From assembly GCF_001194135.2 (NCBI RefSeq), contig NC_068983.1, positions 166,678,292-166,742,291 of the forward strand: a stretch of 64,000 nucleotides of DNA, given 5' to 3'. A program made the position numbers and the translations under genes. This document shows positions 1-10,850 of the stretch, in pieces. This DNA comes from Octopus bimaculoides (lineage: Eukaryota). How positions within the stretch are numbered: position 1 is the stretch's first letter; every line of letters begins with the position of its first letter. Below the pieces are notes generated by a model. It saw nothing but the letters and a program-made list of their open reading frames with translations, searched no databases and was not told where the DNA came from.

Positions 1-33
1 GTGCGTGCGTGCGTGTGCATGTTTACATTGGCA

Positions 34-200
34 CATCTGTGAAAATCATTCAGCTTGAGGCAGTGATGTTGCTTCCAGTCTCCCAATCAACAATTCATCT
101 ACTGGCTTTGTGTCTGAAGAGTTGTGAAATAAAACATCCTGTGCTTTGCGGGGAGGGTTAGTGACAGGAAGAGCACCCAGCTGTAAAACAATACTTCAGT
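34..200 (+). mobile_element. RTE-related 3'-end fragment (variant family R2), degenerate
   Basis: Contains GTGACAGGAAGAGCACCCAGCTGTAAAA, matching copies at 13.7, 18.5 and 51.2 kb. Confidence 0.45.
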
Positions 201-1063
201 CACACATTTGGCTGACTCATTTTCGAAAAAAGACAAAAAAATAACTTGGAAAAAAAGACAAAAAAAAAAAACTATATAGCTTCACAGAAACAAAATAAAA
301 AAACATAAAATAACTGAGGATTTTTAAATCGGACAATTGAAAAAAAAAATCCACCCACAACTAAAATCACATGAATAATCGACTTAGATGCACAACAGGA
401 CTGTCATTGAGTTGGTATGGCTTCTTGGCAGATAACAATAGAAAGAAGAAAAGGCAAGACAATAAATGCTACAAAATATGTTGGTGTTTTCTGGTATTTA
501 TTTATAAAAAAAGAAAAATTGCCAAATAAGGAAATGTTGAATTATTTTATAAAAATGTAAGATTCCTAGCTTGAAAAAGAAGCAACTTGTCAAACAGGTT
601 TTGACTTTAGGTTACAGAAATATCAACTAAAGACTCACTTCGCGTCTTTTATTGTAGATTTTTAGACAAAAAGGGAGATTTTTCTTTTTTATGGTATTTA
701 TCCTCGAGGTTAACCTTGACAGCGTAGATCTCTGCTCAAAAATATTCTAACCGTAGCCACCCAGACTTGTATTGAGAGTGTTTCTATCTACAAATACTTC
801 ATTTAATGATGGTGGGGTGTAATGTAGCTACCATTCTTAGCTGGTTGAGTGTTCATAGGCACACCTACATGACACAAAGTAAGAAAGCAGATTTGTTCTT
901 CCAAGTTTAAAAAAAAAGTTTATGTCATATGAGGTCAGAATAATAGCAGTAAACAGTCAAAAGTTGGCTATATTTGATGGCAAATGAGAGGCAGCCATTT
1001 TTCTTTACCAAAACAATATCTCACCATCACCAGGTCCCATATGCAAAACTGGGCCCCATTTAA

Positions 1064-1186
1064 CCCTTTCAGCATCCAGATTACTCTGGCAAATCTAATG
1101 CTTATTTATTCACCTTGTTTTGAATTGATCATTCATTATTTTGTAGCTTTGAGATTTCAATGATGTGATTGTTTATTTTTAGAGTG
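1064..1186 (+). mobile_element. piggyBac-like MITE, left part
   Basis: TTAA followed by CCCTTTCAGCATCCAGATT; homologous to the complete TTAA-flanked copy at 18628-19083. Confidence 0.55.
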
Positions 1187-1189
1187 AAC

Positions 1190-1308
1190 AAATCAACCCC
1201 AGAACTTATTTCTTCCCCCTAGTCTGGTACTTATCTAATTGTCTCTTTGGCTGAACTGCTAAGTTAAAGGGATTAAACAAACCAAAACCAGTTGTCAAAC
1301 AGTAGCGA
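1190..1308 (-). mobile_element. SINE family A, 3' fragment
   Basis: Aligns by eye to the central/3' part of the 24332-24709 copy. Confidence 0.55.
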
Positions 1309-1340
1309 AAGGATAGACCTAAACATACATATGCCTATAA

Positions 1341-1604
1341 CATCATCATCCTCGTTTAACGACTGCTTTCCATGCTGGCATGGGTCGGACAGTTTGACTG
1401 AGGACTGGCAAGCCAGGAAGCTGCACCAGGCTCCAATCTGATCAGGCAATGTTTCTACAGCTGGATGCCCTTCCTAATGCCAACCACTCCGAGAGTGTAG
1501 TGGGTGCTTTTCACGTGCCACTGGCACAGGAGCTAGTCAGGTGGTACTGGCATTGACCACACTCGAATGGTGCTTTTCACATGACACCGGCAGAGGGGCC
1601 AGTC
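1341..1604 (-). mobile_element. RTE LINE 3'-end fragment (family R1)
   Basis: (CAT)n tail plus GCTTTCCATGCTGGCATGGG...CCTTCCTAATGCCAACCACTCC; same sequence is the 3'UTR of the ORF-bearing RTE copy at 50.3-51.06 kb. Confidence 0.8.
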
Positions 1605-1817
1605 TGGCTGCAAAACAAGCTCCTTGCCTACAAGCCATGCCTGTGCCCAGCCCCACCGTCTTCCGTGATCAACCCACGTTACTCAGCCATGTGTGATCCA
1701 TCTACCTTAACATATTCACATCCAGAATGCTCTCAGCTGAAAACTTTATCGATCCCTAAAGGGTTTCTCTTGTTTCCCATTTCATTTTTGATGAAGACAA
1801 AAATGATTTTCATCCAA

Positions 1818-2150
1818 AGGTGCAGACATGGCTGTGTGGATCAGAAGCTTACTTTCTAACCACGTCGTTCCAGGTTCAGTCTCACTCTCTAACACCAAAA
1901 ATCTTGTGAGTGGATTTGGTAGACGGAACTTGAAAGAAGCCAGTTGTGTCCCACTACTGCTTGACAACTGGTGTTGGTGTATTTACATCCACATAACTTA
2001 GCAGTTCAGCAAAAGAGACTGATAGAATAAGTACCAGGCTTAACAGAAACAAAAGTAGTGACTAATTCATCTGACTAAAAATTCCTCAAAGCAAGAAGTG
2101 CTCCAGCATGGCCAGAGTCTAATGACTGGAAGAAAGTAAAAAGATAAAGA
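1818..2150 (+). mobile_element. tRNA-headed SINE family A
   Basis: A-box-like TGGCTGTGTGG, B-box-like GGTTCAGTC, internal TGGTAGACGGAAC, and 3' GCTCCAGCATGGCC shared with other copies. Confidence 0.75.
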
Positions 2151-2537
2151 TGTAAATGTTAAAAATAAAATAAAATTAGAAAAAGTAATCATTACCCCAG
2201 CCATGACCACCTCTGTCAAATGTGAGGCAGCCAAGAATTTCCTTTACAACAACAAACCTCTTTCTGTTTGTTTTCATCATAAATCAACCTCTAAACACCC
2301 CACCCAAAGTCACCACCCAGTTCAGGTGAGGGAAGGCTTTGGCCTGGTGACTTACAAAGCAATCACAAAATGTCTCCAGTATATCTCTGTAAATAGTCAG
2401 GTGAGGGATCTTACCACAGGCTGACGAGACCTGCTCCTGTAACCATGGAAACCTGTTCTACGTAGACAGACATAAAAAGAAAGAGATATTTATTTTACAC
2501 ACACACGTATTTTAAATATGTATCTCTCAGAATGTGT

Positions 2538-2690
2538 AGGTATGTAGCTTAATAGTTAGGGCATTTGGTTCACTATTCTAGGTTCAATTCCTAGATCCAG
2601 CAGCAGATAGTATCTTTGAGCAAGGCACTTCATTCCATATCATTCCAATCTCCTCATTTGAGAATTAGTACCAGCCTAGTACTGCTGGTG
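2538..2690 (+). mobile_element. tRNA-headed SINE family C, degenerate 5' part
   Basis: TAGCTTAATAGTTAGGG A-box, GGTTCAATTCC B-box, TTGAGCAAGGCACTT central motif. Confidence 0.55.
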
Positions 2691-3556
2691 CAACATCTCC
2701 TCCCTCTCTCCTTCTCCCTCTCTCCATCTGTCACCTGGAGGTGTTGCCAGATCAAAGGTCAGGAGAGTCAAGGTGCTGTCTATGTCTGCCCATGATTATA
2801 CAGGCACCTTAAACAATCAATGAAAACATGGTACACATTATACCAAGCCATCCTCATTGATGACAGCTGGCTCGGCCAGGGTATTTCAGTATAGTCACAT
2901 TTACTTTCCATGCTGTGTGTGCTACAGAAAGCATTCATCTACCACATCTTGTAAAGATCACATCCCAAACTACGCATCAAATTCCATAATCTATGGCACC
3001 AAAACTCAACCAGAAAGTTTTCTATTTAGCATTTAATCTTTAGAAATTCAAAAGTCTTAAAAAGTTGAAGCTCATTTTCGAATAATCTGAAATCACTCCC
3101 CTTACTTTCTTATGCAAAACAGAGCTTATGCTGTGAGCTCATAGCTGCATAATTTTCAGGCAAATTGAGAATAGATACTTATAATTAACCATAATAAATG
3201 TTAACATCGTTTTCATTGCTACAAATGATAGCATCATTATAATGTATCACAATAACATTATAACTAATCATAATAAATAACATGATTATAATTAATCATA
3301 CTAAATGACAACATCAGTGAAATTATTAACACCAGTCTAAAAGAAATCCTAAATAATATTTTGTTCATAAATACTTTGTTCTTCTGCCTGAAAAGAAATT
3401 ATATTTTCAAAGCAGTGCATCAGCCAGCTGGTGCAGTTGCTCACAATGTGACAGTATTGTGTACGGAGGACTTTGATCTGCAATTGGTTGTTGACTGTTA
3501 CACAGGTTACATTGAGTTTATGTTCTATGCAGTTGGTGATTTGTTACAAGTTAAAC

Positions 3557-4010
3557 AATGAAGGATTTGCAACAGAAAATATGTTTCTTTGATATTTTGT
3601 TTTAAATGTTTCTGATGTTGCAACAGGGTAAACCAATCACTAATGTCATGAAAGGTTCAAGAGTTTTAGATCATGAAGAATATCCAAAGAGGATTCCAAA
3701 CCCATAACAATGGACAACTATCACATTGTGAACGTGTGTGCTGTGATGTGTGAAAGTCATGGCCATATTGACCATCAGGTTTCAAAAGAAGTAGGCATCA
3801 GTAAAAGTTTTGCACTACATGATATCAAAAGAAGAATTCAAGATGCAAAATTGGTTTCCAATCATAAGTCAGAGAGATTAAAAAGAAAGCGGGGGGAGTT
3901 GAGTTGCTGTTAGTCATGAACTGGTTGCTAGTCGGAATGCCGAAGAAGACTTTCAGAAGAGGACCTCATAATTGGTGACAAAATGAAGGTGTCCTGTCAC
4001 TTGTTATGAT
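3557..4010 (+). pseudogene. mariner-like transposase remnant, highly degenerate
   Basis: Broken frames give VSKEVGISKS (HTH-like) and AEEDFQKR..IIGDK, resembling the mariner IITGDE motif; many stops and frameshifts. Confidence 0.5.
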
Positions 4011-4168
4011 GCCTTTCTGAAAGTTTCCATCAGAATTCAAATGATCAAAAAGCAACTCAATCCTTTTGTGTCTAACAACAAAACAAGATGGCAGTCATAG
4101 CAGTAGGAGACACCCTGTTGGCTGAAGCACCCTTGGCCCAGCAAAACATTGAGGATGTGCTGGTGGAA

Positions 4169-4170
<2 letters not shown>

Positions 4171-4206
<36 letters not shown>
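4171..4206. repeat. (GA)n microsatellite
   Basis: Direct. Confidence 0.95.
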
Positions 4207-4209
<3 letters not shown>

Positions 4210-4224
4210 CTGCACCAATCCTTG

Positions 4225-4360
4225 ACTGATACTCATTGGCAGTTAAATAGATTGGAATAGCATAAAATGAAATGCCTTGTCCAAGAACACAACATACTGC
4301 CCAGGCCAAGAATTGAACTCACAACACAATGATCATGAGCCCAACACCCTAACCCCTAGA
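4225..4360 (-). mobile_element. SINE family C fragment
   Basis: Reverse complement of head and TGTGTTCTTGGACAAGGCATTTCA central motif. Confidence 0.55.
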
Positions 4361-4436
4361 CTAATTAACTTCGCCATACTGCATGTATTCTCTCAAAATG
4401 ACATTAATTAGAGCAAACTTAATTATTTTTAATGAA

Positions 4437-4748
4437 TGGTGGCACATAAAAAGCACCATCCAAACGTGGCTGGTGCCAGTGTCCCTTGACTGGCTCCTGT
4501 GCTGGTGGCACATAGAAAACACTATCCGAACGTGTTCGATACCAGGTCCACCTGACTGGCTCCTGTGCTGGTAGCACGTAAAAAGCACCTGCTACACTCT
4601 CAGAATGGTTGGTGTTAGGAAGGACATCCAGATGTTGAAACCTTGCCAGATTAAATTGGAGCCTGGTATGGCCTCCTGGCTTGCAAGTCCCCAGTCAAAC
4701 CGTCCAAACCATGTCAACATGGAAAACAGATGTTAAACGATGATGATG
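4437..4748 (+). mobile_element. RTE 3'-end fragment (R1)
   Basis: Two internal ~63-bp units, then AAACCGTCCAAACCATG...GTTAAACGATGATGATG tail. Confidence 0.8.
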
Positions 4749-4762
4749 AACAAAACAAATTA

Positions 4763-5218
4763 TGGAGTAAAGATTATTTGTCAACATAACATGGCAGTCC
4801 TGGTTTAGGATGAATGTTGCTGTAATTTAGCCCCAGGAGATATTGTCTCCAGCTGGCTATACGACATGATCTGTGTCCTTCTATTTTCAAACAAGGGAAT
4901 CTAGTACCCCAACTCAGCTCAAAACAATATCTGTGTATCATGATTTCTGGGTTATTTCCCTTCATCAGCACAAAATAATTGTTTGGCTAGAGGTGACGCT
5001 TCCAGTTCGAAATATATAGTTTTCAAAGTGACAACTAGCCATTGATCTATAAATTAGATATTGTTTTGAGCTGAGTGGGGATGCTAGATTCCCTTGTTCG
5101 AAAATATAAGGACACAGATCGTGTTGTATAAGAGACAATGTCTCCTGGGGCTAAATTACAGCAACATTCGTCCTAAACCAGGACTGCCATTTTATGTTGG
5201 CAAATAATCTTTACTCCA
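4763..5218. mobile_element. foldback element, ~165-bp inverted arms, hammerhead motif in spacer
   Basis: 4763-4931 is the near-perfect reverse complement of 5057-5218 (TGGAGTAAAGATTATTTG...AAAACAATATCT). Confidence 0.85.
4932..4972 (-). ncRNA. minimal type-I hammerhead ribozyme motif
   Basis: Minus strand TGTG-CTGATGA-AGGG aaataa CCCA-GAAA-TCATGA-TA-CACA: complete core, 4-bp stem I, 3-bp stem II, palindromic stem III, AUA triplet. Confidence 0.7.
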
Positions 5219-6369
5219 AAATACTGTTGCTGAATATCTCTAGTTGTGAGATTTACTAATAGTAATTTTCTAAAACAAATTATCTTTAAAACTTTTTAAA
5301 GTCACACCATCAGAATTGTTGAATAGCAACAGTTAGCTCATAATCTTAAGCCTATCACCCACCCACCACCACCACCACCACCATCACTGTTATTGTATTG
5401 AGTTGGTAAGTTTATAACCTTGCTTATTCTGGCCTGCTTAGACTTCTTAAATGGTTTAGTTTTAAAGAAAAGCATTCAGCTGTAAAACTAAAATAAATAC
5501 AAGCTTTATGATTTCACATGCAAATATGTTTTAAGTTGGCAGCCACCCATAATGCAAAAAAACTTAGAAATATATACAAAAATATACAGTAAAAATGGTT
5601 TAAAAGAAGGAAAACTTCTTTGATTTGTGTCAATCATATACAAATTATACAAACTAACATTACAGTAATGACATACTTAAATTAGTGGGCAAAAAATGAT
5701 GTCAATATTTAAAAAGTGACTGGTTAAGTGAAAGATCTAGCTGACTTATTGTGGTGGAGGAGGAGGAAGAGGAGGAAAGACTACAGTGAAGGGGGAGGAA
5801 GAAGAGGAAAGGCTAAAGAAAGTGGGTGTGGTTAGCTGAATCAGGTCAGCAACCATTCAGATCAGTGATGAGAGATCTCAGGCATTGAAGACAAATCGAA
5901 GCCTGACAAAATAGGTTATAGGTGAAAGCTACAAGTAAAAATCATGTCTTTATATGTAACAAAAGGTTGGGTTGGGGGTGGGGGTATATTAATACCCTGT
6001 AGTCTTCCCATAATCAGAAGTATCCATCAATGGGTGACCAGTCCTATCGACTTGTGTATGAAACTACATTAGATCCACAAAAGGTGTCGTCCACTATGCA
6101 ACAAGTTACTTCATTTCAATCACTCATAAAAAACATCAAAAATGCCAGGGACACGCACCAAGCTGTCCACCTGACAGTTGTTGCAGATGCAAACCAGCGT
6201 TTGATTTAGAGGGTTCGTTTTTACTTCAGAAGGAATAATAATTAACTAATGATTTTAATTAAGAGTTTATCATGCTTTCATTGAACAAAGTTTTCTTAAT
6301 TACATTGATTTTTTTTTTATTATGGAAGTGTGTTCTTTCGTGGCCCTGGGCCAATTAATTCCTATGAAA

Positions 6370-6630
6370 GTGAATTTGGTAAACAGAAATTCTGTGGAAG
6401 CCCTTACAGTGTGTGTGTGTGTATGTGTGTGTGTGTGTGTCCCCACTGCTTGACAACTGCCCTGGTTTGTTTATGTCCCAGTAACTTAACAGTTTGACAA
6501 AAAGAAATCAACAGAATAAGTACCAGGCTTGGCAAAAAAAGAAAAAAAGTATTGAGATTGATTCGTTTGACTAAAACCTTTCAAAGCAGTGCTCCAGCAT
6601 GGTCATAGTTCTATGACAAAATAAAATAAC
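6370..6630 (+). mobile_element. SINE family A, 5'-truncated
   Basis: Internal (GT)n, CTGCTTGACAACTG, AGAATAAGTACCAGGCTT, GCAGTGCTCCAGCATGG. Confidence 0.7.
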
Positions 6631-7062
6631 TAGTTGGATAAAGAAATGGCCAAGTGGTTAAGAAGATCACTGCACAAGCATATGAGATCTGGGCTCAATT
6701 GCAGTGCACAGTAACTTCATCGACCAATCTCTTGTTTATAATTTGGTAGAAGGTCCAAGCATTTGTGGGTAATTATATTGATGCCGAAAGCAAAAATATT
6801 GCCCGATATTTAGTTTCATCCAAGCTATGTCCCTTTATGCTAAAGTCAAAGTTTCATTTCATTCTTTACAAAATCAATTAAACAAGTCCCTAACAAAGTA
6901 CTGGAATTCACACAAGAAACGAAACCCCTTGAAGCTGGAACCTCAGCGTAATAGCAGCCCAATAACAAAGACCAATAAAATAAGGATTTCTAACATAGGC
7001 ATAGGGTCTCAGTTTGGGGCAATGGGGAAATGTGGTCAATTGCATCAACTCCAGCACGTCGT

Positions 7063-7304
7063 CATCATCATCATCATAGTTTAACATCCACTTTCCATGC
7101 TGGCATGGGTTGGACGGTTTGACTGAGGGCTGGCGAGCCAAAAGGCTGCACCAGGCTCCAATCTGATCTGGCAAAGTTTCTACAGCTGGATGCCCTTCCT
7201 AATGCCAACCACTCCGAGAGTAGTGAGTGCTTTTACGTGCCACCGGCATGATGGCCAAGCAGGTGGTACTGGTATCGGCCACGCTCAAATGGTGCTTTTT
7301 ATGT
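7063..7304 (-). mobile_element. RTE 3'-end fragment (R1), well conserved
   Basis: (CAT)n tail and near-consensus CCATGCTGGCATGGGTTGGACGGTTTGACTGAG. Confidence 0.85.
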
Positions 7305-7305
7305 C

Positions 7306-7420
7306 TGGTATTTTATTTTATCGACCCTGGAAGAATGAAATAGTAAGTTCACTTTGACAAGTTTTGAACTCAAAATGTACAAAACTGGAACTAAATACCA
7401 AAATGTATTTCATTGAATAG
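7306..7420 (-). mobile_element. SINE family B fragment
   Basis: TGGTATTTTATTTATCGACCC...TTTGAACTC is the reverse of the family B core. Confidence 0.5.
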
Positions 7421-7485
7421 TCTCCAAGAAAGAAACAACTCTTGTGGAACCAATAAGTTTTAGAGATTTAGAGCAAAGACAGTAA

Positions 7486-7607
7486 ACATTCTTCAGGATG
7501 GTCTCCAAGATAAACATATCCACTGATCAGGTTGTGTTGTTTCCCATTACATTCTTCATGATGGTGTCCCAGGTAAACATATCCACTCGACTGTTGTTTC
7601 ACATTAC
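7486..7607. repeat. local tandem duplication, period 63 bp
   Basis: ACATTCTTCAGGATGGTCTCCAAGATAAACATATCCACT and ACATTCTTCATGATGGTGTCCCAGGTAAACATATCCACT. Confidence 0.8.
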
Positions 7608-7721
7608 TTAGAGAAATGAAAGCCGTAATAAGGTCAGCAAATCACAACAGTTTAGCAGTTTATGTGCAACAAAATGCATCAGCGGTGTGCCAAACAAGTG
7701 CTGCAATATTGCTGGCCTTGC

Positions 7722-7965
7722 GCTTGCCAGAATCGTTTGCATGCTGGGCTTAATGTTTTGCATCATTTTGCCTGTCCTTATGTTCCGAGTTCAAATTCCA
7801 CCGAGGTCGACTTTGCCTTTCATCTTCTTAGGGTCAATAAAAACAAGTACCAGTGGATCATCGGGGTCAATGTAATTGACTATCCCTGTCTCCCNNNNNN
7901 NNNNCTGTCCCCCCCCCCTAAAAAACCTCAGGCTTTCTGTCGATGGCAAAAGGATTATTATTATT
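7722..7965 (+). mobile_element. tRNA-headed SINE family B
   Basis: GAGTTCAAATTCC B-box, GAGGTCGACTTTGCCTTTCATC core, (ATT)n tail. Confidence 0.75.
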
Positions 7966-8009
7966 ATCATCTAAAACTAGATGCAAAAACTACTGATTAC
8001 TTGTTGTTG

Positions 8010-8700
8010 TTTTGACAGCAACTTTGCTGGAGAATATAACAAAGTGTCAGCTATCCACAACTAGGGGACTAAGGCAATACCCTTCATTCAGATTTCAAGA
8101 ACTCTACAGGGGATTCATGCAATTTCTGTAGGTGTTCTATCTTCACATTTACCCTCAGCTCCAACAACATGTGCAACACTCATCTTTTTCAATGACTACA
8201 GTTTTTTCTTTTTTTCTTTTCCACTTCAAATTCTCGTATCTGACCTGATTCTCTTTTTCTCTTTCTGATCCTCTGTCGTTACCAAGATATGCCATATCTA
8301 TGATCAAACAGGCTTTTCCCCGTCTTTATTCACAACCACTACATCCGGTTTTCAAAGTTCAATTTTATCATCACATTGGATCAATCCCACACTATCTTTA
8401 CCTTGTCATTCTCAATTACTTCTGGGGTTGGCTCCTATCACATATCTGTTCTAGCCAATCTATACTTGCCACACACCTCCCAATAAATCATTCTTGTGAC
8501 ATTTCTAAGCCTTCTTTTGTATTGTTTTTGGGGTCAGCTTTTTGCACACATTCACAATATGCCATTTAGTTTCACCTTTATCACTTCTGAACCTGCACTG
8601 GTCATTTTTTGATGCATTCGCAGGAACCGGGTAACCAAAGAGCTTCTGTCTCAGGCCTCAAGTTATTCTTCCTTAGTCAGGGCTGCCACCTTCCATTGGC
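8010..8700 (-). pseudogene. R4/Dong-like non-LTR retrotransposon C-terminus (zinc knuckle + restriction-like endonuclease), degenerate
   Basis: Minus-strand broken frames give NNLRPETEAL, ETKWHIVNVCKKL (CCHC-knuckle part), ENDKVKIVWD, KPDVVVVNKD, CLIIDMA (PD..D nuclease motif). Confidence 0.75.
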
Positions 8701-8973
8701 ACCGGGGTTCCTGCTCACGCCCCTCACAAACACTACTCATATATCTCTCTTATGTACTACAAGTATTTTTATATATATANNNNNNNNNNNNNNNNNNNNN
8801 NNNNNNNNNNNNNNNNNNNNNNNNNNNNNNNNNNNNNNNNNNNNNNNNNNNNNNNNNNNNNNNNNNNNNNNNNNNNNNNNNNNNNNNNNNNNNNNNNNNN
8901 NNNNNNNNNNNNNNNNNNNNNNNNNNNNNNNNNNNNNNNNNNNNNNNNNNNNNNNNNNNNNNNNNNNNNNNNN

Positions 8974-9103
8974 TTTCTGTCGAAGAGCATAGGCTCGAAA
9001 CATAAAAGACTTTCCCACTTCCTGAGCGTTAAACTAATACATCTGTTTGTTGTTTACACACAAGTCTTCGTCTTTTATTTTAATTGATTTTTCTGTAAAT
9101 TCC

Positions 9104-9105
<2 letters not shown>
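8974..9105 (+). mobile_element. Penelope-like repeat fragment with degenerate hammerhead motif
   Basis: TTT-CTGTCGA-A-GAGC atag GCTC-GAAA-CA-TA-AAAGAC directly after an N gap; core A6 and stem III altered. Confidence 0.4.
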
Positions 9106-9106
<1 letters not shown>

Positions 9107-9142
<36 letters not shown>

Positions 9143-9270
9143 CACATTCTTTACATATATAACTATACAAACATACATATATACATACATATACACACAC
9201 ACACATATATATATACATACACACATAAACATATACACACACAAACATATACACACACAAACATATACAC
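9107..9270. repeat. (TA)n/(CA)n compound microsatellite
   Basis: Direct. Confidence 0.9.
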
Positions 9271-10247
9271 ACTGCTCTACATATGTGAAGCTTCCTTCCT
9301 GTGCCTGGGTTATGTCATTGTGCCATTATTTTTTTAATGACTAAGGTTCTATACAAAGACGGCACCATCACCAGTAATTGATGTTGAAGGTGTAGTTGGT
9401 CATTTACTGATTGTCAGAAACTGATAATGACGAACAAGTAATTGGTGAAGCTCATTTAATCAAATGCAGCAAACTACGATGAAGCACTTTTCCCAGACAC
9501 CAGGCAAAAAAACTGCCTAATTTGGAAATGTTCCCATCGGAAGGAGAGAAAAACAAAACACAATCTGAAAAGCTCATGCCATTGTTTTACTGAAGTGTAG
9601 GTGGAGAGAGAGAGAGTGAGTGTGAATGAATGTGTGAGTGTGTAAATATGTACACATGCATGTGTGTGAGATACTTTTTCAGGAGAGAAGATTAAAGAAA
9701 AAAAAAAAAAGGGGTGTGTGAGAAAGTCCTCCAGGTAAAAGATGTGTTGTTCAGAGAAAATGGAAGAATGAAAGATATTTCATTTGGTTGTGGAATTAAT
9801 TTCATGCCTTGTCTGTTTTGTTCTTTTTTTTTTTCCTTCCTTAAAGAGAAAAATGCATTTTTTCATTTATTTTTAACCTATAGAGTAACAAGTCTTCTTG
9901 AAAGTCATTCATGAGCATTTTCTCTCACGGAGTCAAAGGAAAGTTCATTTGGTGTGATGGTCACACCGATCTCTTATGGCACAGCATGAGAATTTTAGGA
10001 AAAGGATTTAATCAATTAAACTTTCCCCATTGTCCGAGCCTCATTTTTCACAACCACAATGCGGTAAGAAGAAGGCTGAGAGAGAAAATAATTAAAAGCA
10101 ACCTCATTAAAATATTCAGACAAAGAAGGTTGGAACTCCAAAAACTGTAAAAGTGATGAGTTTGAGGTTTCGCAATTTCTATCAACCAGCATCCGACACA
10201 CACACAATGTTCATCATCATCATCATTATATTAACAATTGTTAGTAC

Positions 10248-10445
10248 ACAGGGCAAAATGCTTAGTGCATTTCATCTGTCTTTATGTTCCAAGTTCAAAT
10301 TCCACTGGGGTCTACTCTGCCTTTCATCCTTTCAGCATTGATAAACTAAGTACCAGTTGAGCACCGGGGTTGCTGTAATCAACTCATCCCCACCTCCCCC
10401 AAATTGCAGGCCTTGTGCCTCGAGTAAAAAGGATTATTTATTTAT
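10248..10445 (+). mobile_element. SINE family B
   Basis: AAGTTCAAATTCC, TCTGCCTTTCATCCTTTC core, GCAGGCCTTGTGCC 3' part. Confidence 0.7.
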
Positions 10446-10451
10446 TAAACA

Positions 10452-10675
10452 AACTGGCAGAATTGTTAACATACTGAGCAAAATACTTGGTGGTATTTCG
10501 TCTCTTTACATTCTGAGTTCAAATTCCACTGAGGTCAACTTTACTTTTCATCCTTTCGGGGTCATAAAATAAGGACTAGGTGAGTATTGGGGGTGGGGTT
10601 TCAATGTAATTGACTTATTCCCTCCCCTTAAATTGCTGGCCTTGTGCCAAAATTTGAAACCATTGTTATTATTAA
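10452..10675 (+). mobile_element. SINE family B, second tandem copy
   Basis: CTGGCAGAATTGTTA head, GAGTTCAAATTCC, TTTCATCCTTTCGGGGTC, GCTGGCCTTGTGCCAAAATTTGAAACC. Confidence 0.75.
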
Positions 10676-10850
10676 CTGCTTTCCATCCATTTTTTCCCTG
10701 CTAACATGGCTTGAAGGTCTTGCAGAAATTTTCCATCTTTTAATATTTGCTGAGAATTTTTACAGTTGGCAGGGATTCTTTTCTTTTAACCACAATTTTG
10801 AATTAGGTGAAGCATCTATTTTTCAACTAGGTAGATTTAATCAAATAATA

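Noticed and set aside
2421-2455. CTGACGA...GAAAC hammerhead-like words
   Set aside because: Stem II does not close and stems I and III do not pair; at most a dead relic.
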